Origin: Trichinella spiralis
Taxonomy: Eukaryota
DNA length: 64,000 nucleotides
Direction of reading: 5' to 3'
Assembly (NCBI RefSeq): GCF_000181795.1
Contig: NW_003526944.1
Location: forward strand, 1,503,639 to 1,567,638
Shown: positions 1 to 11,106 of the stretch, in pieces
Layout of the letters: each line of letters starts with the position of its first letter
Numbering within the stretch: the first letter of the stretch is position 1
Notes under the pieces: generated by a model
What the model saw: only the letters and a program-made list of their open reading frames with translations
Databases searched by the model: none
What the model was told of the DNA's origin: nothing
Program-made: the position numbers and the translations under genes

Positions 1-656
1 AAAATTGCCCCTACATTAAATGGAAATTGATTTCTATATACAGAAAGACCTTTCAAATGAATAATTTGCAAATGAAAGCTTGTTGTTTAGCTACGGAAAA
101 AATGATTTGCAACAGTTGCAGATACCTTTAATGGACAAACACTACGCGCGCAGCGTTAAAAGTGGTTTAAGTGAGATGAAAATTATTGTCAAGATGAATT
201 CTTACCTCGTCTCGACATAATATGAAAAACAAAAAAGTACCGTTTTACAGCGAAAAATACCTTACTTATTACAAACTTAGGTAACTTAATAATTATACAA
301 AGAAATTATGTTCTTAACACTGCCTCACACACAGAAGGAATCGCATTTACCTCGTTTCATCTCTTGTTCTGCTTCGTGCCGTCCGTGATTTGGTTTGTGT
401 CGTCCGCAGTTTCACTTTCGCTTTGCTTCATTAATTTCACCTGTAAAAATGATATATTAAATCAAAACTTCTCTCATTCCATTACAAAGTAGACTTACAA
501 CAAATATGATAATTAAGTGCTTTTTAATTAAAAGGTAATTCTTTCAAAAATGAGTATTCAAATGTTTTGAAGAAAAGTAACACAAGTAGAAAAAAAGAGG
601 AATTACTTTTCAGCAATTTAAAATAGACTTCTGCAAAAACTATTTAGGGTCATAAA

Positions 657-807
657 CTCAGAGAACGTTTAACGACGCTACCACTTGCCACGTAAGTCAA
701 ACGAACGAGTGCGCCCTAACTGACGATAAGGCACCTTTTATGACGATCGTTATTTGCATAGCGCAGCGCTGGAAACCGGTTTTTGTGCACTGAAACTCCT
801 TACTGAG
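657..807. repeat. 151-nt conserved GC-richer element, copy A
   Basis: CTCAGAGAACGTTT...CCACGTAAGTC...ATTTGCATAGCGCAGCGCTGGAAACCGGTTTTTGTG...CTGAG; same length as the other three copies. Confidence 0.9.
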
Positions 808-861
808 GATAAATTGTAACTTATGCCGCAATACAATATGAACAGAATAATATGCACTGCT

Positions 862-871
862 NNNNNNNNNN
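862..871. other. Assembly/scaffold gap (10 N)
   Basis: Run of n characters. Confidence 0.99.
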
Positions 872-1673
872 CATGATTTTCCCCTATCAACTAATCCTAC
901 ATGATCTTCATCGTTATGAATTAACGCAGCATTGGCCTTTTGTTACGTCTGTGAAAATGGTAACATATTTTATTCATTGTGTCTTTGTAATGAAGAACCT
1001 TTCACGCTCGACTTCGGCACATCGCATCTTCTCCAACGTGTCGAAACTTACCTCAGTTCAGCAACGAACGCAATTGACCAACAAGCGATTCGATCCAACC
1101 TATCCAACCATCCGTTCACCCGCTCGTGACTTGCTCCACTTTTCTTCTCCATGTGCATTACGGTTTATTACGTGTTTATGTATTTGTATGCAATGCTTTC
1201 CATGTGTCAGAGTTTTTACAAAATTAAAGTAAAAAAAAAAGAATCAGAAAAAAAGTATTTGGAGAAATAAATTGAACAAAAATCAATAGAATGTACAATA
1301 TAAGAAGAAAAACAGTGAAAATAAAAAAGAATCAAAAAATAATGGGAGGAATTGAAAATCAATAAAATGTATAAAATAAAGGAAGCAAAAATAAAGTTTG
1401 AATGGAAAAATAATTTTCAAAATAAAAAGAATTTGCTTTGGAAAATGTTCAAAATGTATAACTATGTAAGAAAAAAAACAAAAATTATTTCGACACAGGA
1501 AAGCAATTGCATACGTAAATTTTGCTGCGTGAAAGACCAAGTACTGCATTAATTCAAAACTCAGCCATGTAGGTTTGTCTTTAACTTAATTAAAACTATG
1601 GGATAACTTCACCCTTTCGAAGTATCCCTAGCCCAGACTTACAGAATTGGGACCCACGGGGAACCGCATATAC

Positions 1674-1811
1674 CTTTTGTCTTTTCTTGTTCTGCTTCGT
1701 GCCGTCCGCGATCCGCTTCGTGTCTTCTGTGATCCGCTTCGTGTCGTCCGCGATCTGCTTCCTCTACGAATCGCCCGTGTTTTCGCTTTTTCTTTTCTTC
1801 ATTGTTCATAT
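1674..1811 (-). pseudogene. Exon-like module with internal 21-nt repeats encoding a charged peptide (MNNEEKKKRKHGRFVEEADRGRHEADHRRHEADRGRHEAEQEKTK)
   Basis: Flanked on the minus strand by TATAG| and |GTAT; 138 nt and open in one frame. Paralogous modules at 351-440 and 3729-3818 carry an in-frame TGA; the one at 2708-2793 is frameshifted. Confidence 0.45.
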
Positions 1812-2042
1812 CTATAAGAATGTTAAATGTTAAGTGAAAAATTTTGTCGCTTCATCACATAGCAAAATTGAAAAGTTGAACAATGAATTTTGAAATAAAA
1901 GAAGTAACTATTTTCAATTATAAATAACATTAACAAAATGATTATACAGATAGTTTCGAAAAAAAAGTAACAGAACGAAAAATATGGAATACTTTCAACA
2001 ATTATAAATGGTCTTCAGTGCTTAGGGAACGATGTAAATAAA

Positions 2043-2193
2043 CTAAGAGAACGTTTCACGATGCTACTACTTGCCACGTAAGTCAAACGAACGACTGCAC
2101 CCTTACTGATGATAAAGCACCTTTTATGGCGATCGTTATTTGCATAGCGCAGCGCTGGAAACCGGTTTTTGTGCAATGAAACTTCTTACTGAC
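2043..2193. repeat. 151-nt conserved element, copy B (most diverged)
   Basis: About 12 substitutions vs copy C by manual comparison, no indels. Confidence 0.9.
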
Positions 2194-3038
2194 GATTAAC
2201 TCTAATATGAACAGGAGAAATGCACTGTTCAATATGAAAATTCAACAATGACCTTAACGTTTACAATTCAGTCAAAATGTAAACTATCTGGCAGAAAACG
2301 CCATAACAAAAACACTAACTTAGTCAAAATACGCCTTCGCATGTTTGAATTTGAAATTTGAAAATTCAAAAATGCCCTACATAAATGAAAATTGATTTCT
2401 TATACAAAAAGGCACTTTCAAGTGAATCGTTTGCAAGTGAACGTTATTTTTGCTTATGAAAAAATAATTTTCGATAGATACTGATGTTCTTTTATAGACA
2501 AAAACGTAAGGGCGATAAAAATGCTTTCTAAAGACCAATTCTTACCTAGTCTCAACATAGTATAAAAGTCGAAAGATGGAATTTCGCAGTGAAAAATATC
2601 TTACTTACATCTTATTACATATAACACGTTTAAGTAACTTATAGGAATAACTTTACCCTTTGGATTTCAGTTTTACAGAATCAAGACAAACAAGAAACCG
2701 CACATACTTTTTCTCTTTTATTGTTCTACTTCGTGCCGTCCGCGCTTTGTTTCGTGTCCACTACGCTTTCAGTTTTTTCTTCATTGTTCATATCTGCAAA
2801 TATGTAAAATATTAAATCAAAAATGTTCTCGCCTCATCACGTAGTGAAAGTAACAACAAATTGAAAATTGACTTTTCTTCATTAATATAATTGTATATTA
2901 ATTAACTGGTTTTAATTAAGCGGTAACGTTCAGAAAGTAAAAAATATTAAAAAATTTGAAAAAGAATAACACAAGTAGAAAAAGGAATTACTTTTCAGCA
3001 ATTAAAAATCGACTTCAGCAACTATTTAACGTCATAAA

Positions 3039-3189
3039 CTCAGAGAACGTTTCACGACGCTACCACTTGCCACGTAAGTCAAACGAACGAGTGCGCCCTA
3101 ACTGACGATAAGGCACCTTTTATGACGATCGTTATTTGCATAGCGCAGCGCTGGAAACCGGTTTTTGTGCATTGAAACTCCTTACTGAG
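3039..3189. repeat. 151-nt conserved element, copy C
   Basis: Differs from copy D at 2 positions by manual comparison. Confidence 0.9.
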
Positions 3190-4034
3190 AATAAACTCTA
3201 ACCTATGCCGCGATACAATATGAACAGGAGAAATGCACTGTTCAATTTGAAAATTCAACAATGACCTCAACGTTTACAATTCAGTCAAAATGTAAACTAT
3301 CTGGCAAAAAACGCCATAACAAAAACACTAACTTAGTCAAAACACGCCTTCGCATGTTTGAATTTGAAATTTGAAAATTCAAAAATGCCCTACATAAATG
3401 GAAATTGATTTCTTATATACAGAAAGACCCTTTCAAATGAATAATTTGCAAATGAAAGCTTGTTGTTTAGCTACGGAAAAATGATTTGCAACAGTTGCAG
3501 ATACCCTTAATGGACAAACACTACGCGCGCAGCGTTAAAAGTGGTTTAAGTGAGATGAAAATTATTGTCAAGATGAATTCTTACCTCGTCTCGACATAAT
3601 ATGAAAAACAAAAAGTACCGTTTTACAGCGAAAAATACCTTACTTATTACAAACTTAGGTAACTTAATAATTATACAAAGAAATTATGTTCTTAACACTG
3701 CCTCACACACAGAAGGAATCGCATTTACCTCGTTTCATCTCTTGTTCTGCTTCGTGCCGTCCGTGATTTGGTTTGTGTCGTCCGCAGTTTCACTTTCGCT
3801 TTGCTTCATTAATTTCACCTGTAAAAATGATATATTAAATCAAAACTTCTCTCATTCCATTACAAAGTAGACTTACAACAAATATGATAATTAAGTGCTT
3901 TTTAATTAAAAGGTAATTCTTTCAAAAATGAGTATTCAAATGTTTTGAAGAAAAGTAACACAAGTAGAAAAAAAGAGGAATTACTTTTCAGCAATTTAAA
4001 ATAGACTTCTGCAAAAACTATTTAGGGTCATAAA

Positions 4035-4185
4035 CTCAGAGAACGTTTAACGACGCTACCACTTGCCACGTAAGTCAAACGAACGAGTGCGCCCTAACTG
4101 ACGATAAGGCACCTTTTATGACGATCGTTATTTGCATAGCGCAGCGCTGGAAACCGGTTTTTGTGCACTGAAACTCCTTACTGAG
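4035..4185. repeat. 151-nt conserved element, copy D
   Basis: Appears identical to copy A. Confidence 0.9.
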
Positions 4186-6692
4186 GATAAATTGTAACTT
4201 ATGCCGCAATACAATATGAACAGAATAATATGCACTGCTCAATTCAATCAATAAAAACTATTTGAAAATTCAAAAATGACCTTCACGTTTACAATTATGC
4301 AAAAAATAAACTATCTGGCAGAAAACGCTATAACAAAAAAATTGACTTAAATTTTAAGTGAGCAATTTTCTGGCAAAAGCTTGTTTACAGTTAGTTGCTA
4401 CTGAAAATTCTTATTCAATTTCGAAAGATCGTCTTCTAATAATAGGTAAACAATGTATACAGGGTGCTATTAAATCGAACTTAATTGTACGAAAATTTGT
4501 CGTTGATTAAGTCACCCATCATCTCATATTGATAATTCGTAAAGAGTATATTCAGAAGTTGTGCTCAATATTGTGAAGTGATTACGACATAAAAGTAAAA
4601 AGAACTGCCACTTACTGCCAATTGAGTCATCTTCGCATTGTCCATATTCATGCTCTTTGGATGTGGATTGAAAAATTATTTTTCAGAAATTATTCCAAAA
4701 AATAATAATGAATAGAAAGAGAGCAAATCTATGGTTTGGCGTTCAACGTTGGCTGAAGTTAATTTTCAAATCAATACGCAGTGCTTCCATCCACGGACGG
4801 CGTCAAACTAAAATTATTTCCATTGTGTCAATAAAGCAAATGAACTCGCATGCAAATTTTTATTTTATTCATTGCTACTGATAAATATATCACTAGTGCA
4901 CATTTTTCATTGCGCTTTATTTACTTAACTAATGCACTTTGTTTCAGAAAAATCTTAACTGTAGCCGTAAATTATTAAAATATAAAAACACTTCTCATTG
5001 AGAAAACACTAATTTCATCTTTTTTACTAAACTTATTTCAAATACTACAGTTAATATAAATACAAGAAATAAAATGCTATTTAATTCATTTTATATTAAA
5101 TGTCGACTTGTAAGAAGAGATGATTTGAAAAAACAATTCAAATAGAGTAACAAATTAAACTACATTACAGCTATTTGAAAATTCAGAAATGACCTTGCTA
5201 TTTAAAATTCAGTCAAAATATAAACTATCTGGCAGAAAACACCATAACAAAAACACTGACTTAGTCAAAACACGCCTCCGCAGGGCTGAATTTGAAATTT
5301 CAAAATTCAAAAATGCCCTACATAAATGGAACTCATAGCAGAAAGCTTACATATACATATAGTAACAGAATAAAAGAAGCTTACATATAGTAAAGTTACA
5401 TAACTTTCTCTATGAAAAACACTATTTTGCATAATAGAAAGCACTGATCGCTTAGAGATATTCGATCTGTTCTGTTCACAATGAAATTCAATGCAAAACG
5501 CAAGTGCAAATTGAAAAAATGGACATTTTCTACAGTTATGTCTAAACGCCGGAGTTTAATAACAATAAATTGAAAATACATTTTTTGACACAACTCACGT
5601 TTGAACTACATATACATAACTGGAAATTTTGTCTTGTTTTTTTAATTTTTGTTACAATTCAAATGTGATGCTTAAATAAATTGCTCAGATATACTATCGT
5701 TCATGCAAAACATGAGGAAAGTATGTTTTATCATTGAAACTTTTACCTGGATTCAGTTTGGTTCACTTGTACTCTTGCTACGCGGCACTATAGTTCATAC
5801 AAAATCACTCAAATGAAATTAACCACGGGTACAAACAACATTTGCTTTTCTCTGATTGGTCTCTTACTTTGCATCTTTCTTATCGGTGATTTGGCAATCA
5901 ATGTACTGTACATTACAGTACTTTTAAATTAACTTGCATAATTTATTTTTACAGTATAGTTGAACTTAAAGTAATTTTTCTCCGTTCCATATTTCAGTTG
6001 TTTGTTTTGCAATCTATGCTTTCGATTCTGTGTTTCTATAAGAAAAAAAATGTCTGTACAATTGCGTCATAAATGTTAGAAAACACTTCTATAATTATGA
6101 CATTCACATAACCAAACAATGCAGCAATTATCTCATTGAATTATGAATAGAATGTCAACTGCATCTGAAAAATTAAAAGCACTTAAATCATAAACATTAC
6201 AATACGTTTTCCATTGACTGTTCGTGTACACTGTAATGTACAAAGAGTTGAATTATGTGCAATAATACCGACATTTAGCATATAATCTATACAATCATAT
6301 TACTATATTTGATTTGTGTTAATACAGCTGTATTTTGAAAGACATTTCACAAGAATACGAAAAATGTTAAAAAATTTATTTCACTGACGAAAAGCAAATT
6401 TCTTTATTGAATCACATCTCAATATTCTAAGTTTCATTATGTGGGATCCATATTAACTTAATTACCAGTTCGATACTATACCGTATTTTATTAATTCGCT
6501 CTTAATGATATTACTTTCCGATATCACGACGATCTGATCTGATCTGATCTGTTCAGGGTCGCAAACTCTGATGAAAATCAGGACGGTAGGCAAGGAGAGC
6601 TGAGAAGTCAGCAGTTTCAGCAGTAGAGTTGTTGTAAAGTCGCTGTATAAGACGAGTGTTGTCTGAAATAGCTACTGAAAAAGAAAAAAACT

Positions 6693-9600
6693 TTAATCTG
6701 ATAGTCTTTCTTCAGTGTTGAAATGCATGTCAAACTGATGTCGACACTGTGGCCATGCTGATTTGTTCAAATCTTCCACAGACGTTGAAGCGGTGCTGTT
6801 ATTTCGCTGATTATGGATAAGCTGCCCGTCTGACTGTGACAATTCAGACCCTGCACTTTTAGTGCTGGGCAAGAATTTCTTCTCAACCCTCGCTTTGATC
6901 AACACACTTCTGACCATTTTACGCCAATTTTTCAACGCCCGCATCGTTTTTCGCTTTAAAACAGAAATAACATAGCATTACGGTAAAACAATACCGTAAA
7001 TATACTTGAAATGGAAAGATTCAAAAAGCAATAATAATTCAGAACCAATTCTACGAAAATCAACTTGAAAAATCACCAGTTTCAATTCATACCTCTTTTT
7101 CTTTAACAGCAATATGAACTTGCTCCTCCAGCCAGGCAGCTTCAAGAATCTCCTTATGTTCTTTGCAAACTACACAACCTTCAATTCTAACAGTAGAAAA
7201 TTGAAAAGTCAAAAAATAGCGACGACTAATTCCGCATTGCGCATATATTTTTATACATTGGATGGCTGCTTCTGCAATGAAATTCCCAACCAACAACCGC
7301 TGGAGCACAGTCAATATTCAACTTTCTCGCAATGCTGAGTAGCCCGGGTTCTAAGAACAAAAATGATAATCGTTTCACCGACAAATAATGTTTATTTAAA
7401 AATAAAAAAACATTTCTCAAAAGCATGAAAAATTTTTGTACCCGTATTTATATGCTTGATTTAAAAAGTAATTCAAAATACTTACGGATCATATACACAG
7501 TACCAGGAGGTAGCATGCTCATCTGGTACAGTTCAACATTGCCATACTCGTTTTTTGGTACAATTCCCTGAAATAAAAAAAATAAAATACAAATGACAAA
7601 TAAATAAATAAATAACAATGAGAAATGAAATTTATAATATAATCTAATATAATGAAACTCACATCTTCAGCCGGTTTTGGTATGTATGGTTCAGTCTGCC
7701 AAATGCCAAATAAATTCAACGGCCGGTCGACTCGTAGCTCTTTAGGAACAGTCTACGCGCACATAACAATAGAAAAGAAGATCAAAATAATAAAAACTAA
7801 TCAATCAAGCGTATGTTAATGCTATTGACCATTTTCGGTCTCCCTTTCACCACTTTGTAAGGCTGTTCGTTTGCTTTGATAACACGAGCTTCACGAATCC
7901 AAGCTTCTTTTCCTTTCAAATTCATAACTGCCGTACGAGGATACACTGCTTCTTGGCCAATATAACCAACAGGTTGCAGATCAGCAGGATACAGAGCTTC
8001 GAATTTCAATAAATCTCGCTTCAGTACGTACCTTCAAATTTTATTAAATTTAAACAAAATCAAAAACAAGAAGCAAAAAAAATTTTTTCTCATTCTTCTT
8101 ACAACGGATGATTTTTGTAATCTGATCTCTTCTTCGGTAGCGGCTTTTCGCTCAACATCTCTACATGGAACAGATTAACAATCAGTAACAAATTTCACAA
8201 ATGCACAATCGAATTCCAAAAGAACTATAAAAAAAAGCAAAATAACGCGCTTACTTTCCAGGAACAAATCTTCAAGACGATTGCGCAATTTGTTTGCAGG
8301 TTGGAATAAATCCAACGTCAGCTGAAACCAAGAATCCGAAAGACGACGACGTTTGAAATCGACGGTGCCATAATTGCTCGCATAGCGAATGGTTACATCT
8401 CTGACAGCATGCTCTAATCGCCAATATAACAACAGACAGTCATAATGATGTTTATGATGATGAAAAAAAAAATTTTTTTTTCAAACTAATTATACATACC
8501 ATTGTCAAACGAGAAACAATAATGTGCTGCTGCATTGCACATGCTATTTGGTGGAATCGACTGACAATCTGCCACTTTCCGTTCAACACTGACGCCTGAA
8601 GAGCACAAAAAAAGTAAATAAATAAACAAATAAATAATACTGCACAAAAATCAGTGATTCAAAAATTCAATGTTTCAAAGACTCACAAAACCATTTCTCT
8701 TCGGGTTCAATGTACAACTCTGGCCAAAAATCAATCACTACAATTCAATTTGTGTTCATCCATTTCCCAGCAGTCGTTTTGATTATTCGTACAATCAGAA
8801 TAAGCAAACAAACATACCCAATTCGTCCTGATTAGAAAGATCATCGTCCACTCTACTGCTTGAGTTCAATTTTTTCCTTTTCTCAGGCTTCTTCTCATTT
8901 AACTTGTCTGTAAAAAGTACTTCTGTCTGAAAACATCAGTTATTATATAAATAAATAAATAAATAAATATAAACATATTCTATATAAACAGCACATCAAC
9001 AACACTGAGATCGAACATGTCGGTAGGACGCAAAGCCATAATAATACGAACATCAAAGCCGATGCATCTCGCAAAGCTGACAAATACCTGAACAAAAAAT
9101 TGAATATTATTTCACTTGAGAAAACACTGAGAAAAAAAAACAAATGTATTTTATAACCAAAGTCCAATCACGAAAACTGTAAATTTTTCCCGAGGACATC
9201 TTCGACAGCAAATAATCGATCTGAGCAATATAAGAAACAGTAAAATAAGAATGAAATATCAAAGCACCGAAAATCCACTCACCGGATCTGTACTAAGACT
9301 GCCGCAAGGTTCTAAATATTTCAATGGATAATTTTTATGAAACCAACGAATAAATTTTGAAGCAAAATTTCTCGTTCGCAGTTCTGGTTCACGGATATCC
9401 ATTTCAATAGGAATCAGTGACATGGCAGTAGCTCGAACTTGTTCGTCATTGCAACACTTGGACAAAAATATACCATGCGCAATTTCTGCCAACAGGTAAA
9501 CTTTGTGACGCCTAATTCGTGCTAATTTTGTCACTTTCGAAACAAGCCGTTGCAGCAGTGTCTTCTTCTTATTCGCCGATGGGCTGAACATATCAAGAAC

Positions 9601-10896
9601 ACAGAAATAAAATAACAACAGCAACCACGAGAAGAATAAGTAAAAACAACAATGCAAATACTTTTCAGGCTGTTTGAAATGCAGTTGTATGGTTGCCGTT
9701 GATGTTGACGGTCGGTCAATGATTTCCACATCTGCTCAATACCATCATCATCATCATCATCATCACAGCAAACTTTCAATGATTATTAACATAGCAGTTG
9801 TAATTACCCTTCACATCTTCCCATTCAGAATCTGACGAATTCGTTTCATCCACTTTCACTTTAGCAATACGCTTTTTCTCCCTTTTTTTATGAACCACAT
9901 GGTCACTGTCGTCATTGTTTTTATCACATTTTTTTCTGGGCTTACATTCAGAAATTTTATTGCGCATTTTAGCACTGGCAGGTTTCGAAAAACATTCCCC
10001 TTCAATATTAAATTAATGTTAAAAATTCAAGTTCAACTTGCAAAATATACCATCGTCGTCGTCGTCGTCGTCGACAACAGAAGTTGACCGCAACTTGTGA
10101 CTGTTGCCTTTTTTAATTTCTTTTCTAGTATTTAATCCACTTTCACGTTGACGCTTTCGTTTGTTACGTTTCGAATCTGTTTCACAAAAAAAGACAAAAT
10201 ATAACAAAACATGCGATGAAGATAAACTGAACAAAGCAAATAAATAAATTAATTAATTAATTAAATAATCCTTTACATTCAGAATCATCGTTTGAAAAAT
10301 AAGGAGAAACTACAACGCCACCTTCACCTTCATCATCATCATGCTTTTGCTTTGGTGACAGTTGTTTTTGCTTTTGCTTTTGCCTTTTCCCTTTCGCTAC
10401 AAAAACAAATAACAGCTATTCCCATTAATACAAATAATAAAAAAAGAGTAATATCAGAAAATTTATAGAACGCATTAAAAAATGGACTCAGTGATGATCT
10501 TAAAACCAACCGACCGTTCAATTGTGCATGACTTTCATTTTCAACTACAGTACCGAAGCTGTCATCTATCTGCCCCGTTGATTCGCATGCTCTCGCTTGA
10601 CTGCGTTTGCTCGCACCTCTTCTGGCTACAACAGTGCTGTAAACAGCAAACGAACAAGCAAAACCTCACTTACGCCTGTCAAAATACGTGGACGTGGCAA
10701 CTTTGCGTTTCCTGGTTGTTTGAGAAGCCATTTTGGTCGCTGCTACTTCATACAGCGCATTTGGTTGTTCTGTCCATGTTGATTTGGAAAAACAGTGTAC
10801 AAAAAATCCTGTCATCGAAATAAATAATAAAAGAAGACAAAAATCAAAAATCATCAATAAACCCATCGTTTGCGATTTTCCCGCGCTATTATTCAT
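6693..10896 (-). CDS. XPC: XPC/Rad4 DNA damage recognition protein, multi-exon (start ATG uncertain: 10896 or ~10731)
   Basis: Rad4/XPC motifs: LLAEIAHG, VRDVTIRYA, KFEALYP...EAVYPR, LFGIWQTEPYIP, AVVGWEFHCRSSHP, EGCVVCKEH, RALKNWRKMVRSVLIKARV. Confidence 0.93.
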
Positions 10897-11106
10897 GAAT
10901 ACAAAATTACAAATGACGACGACAATTGTAATTTTTTACTTTATAATCAAGCTCATATGTAAGTACAAAAGGTTAAAATTACACAAGTAGTAGTAATTGA
11001 AAAAAAAACATAGTGCACCGGATTGGTCAAAGTGTTAAACACCTAAACAGTGTGAATGAATGAATGTGCAATAAAAAAATTCAATAAAAAATAAGAGAAG
11101 AAACCA

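Larger units (their letters stand above)
1..5335. repeat. Imperfect ~1-kb tandem repeat array (about 4 units plus a remnant at ~5170-5335)
   Basis: Shared blocks recur: a TGCCCTACAT(A)AATG-like block near 1, 2371, 3384 and 5311; a 151-nt element at 657, 2043, 3039 and 4035 (spacing 996 between the last three); an AACTATCTGGCA block near 2282, 3295, 4309 and 5223. Bases 1-861 are near-identical to ~3381-4238. Confidence 0.92.

Noticed and set aside
640..700. Minus-strand GACTTACGTGGC resembling the U1 snRNA 5' end
   Set aside because: Downstream sequence lacks U1 stem-loop I/II loop motifs and a properly placed Sm site.
351..807. In-frame TGA as selenocysteine with the 151-nt element as SECIS
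   Set aside because: The TGA aligns with CGA (Arg) in the open copy, and no AUGA/AA/GA SECIS core is visible on the relevant strand.
1..5335. CRISPR array or autonomous transposon
   Set aside because: Eukaryotic context with ~1-kb units, no repeat-spacer pattern, and no transposase or reverse transcriptase ORF.
10638..10690. GC-AG intron in XPC
   Set aside because: An upstream canonical GT donor in the same phase gives a typical ~50-nt intron.
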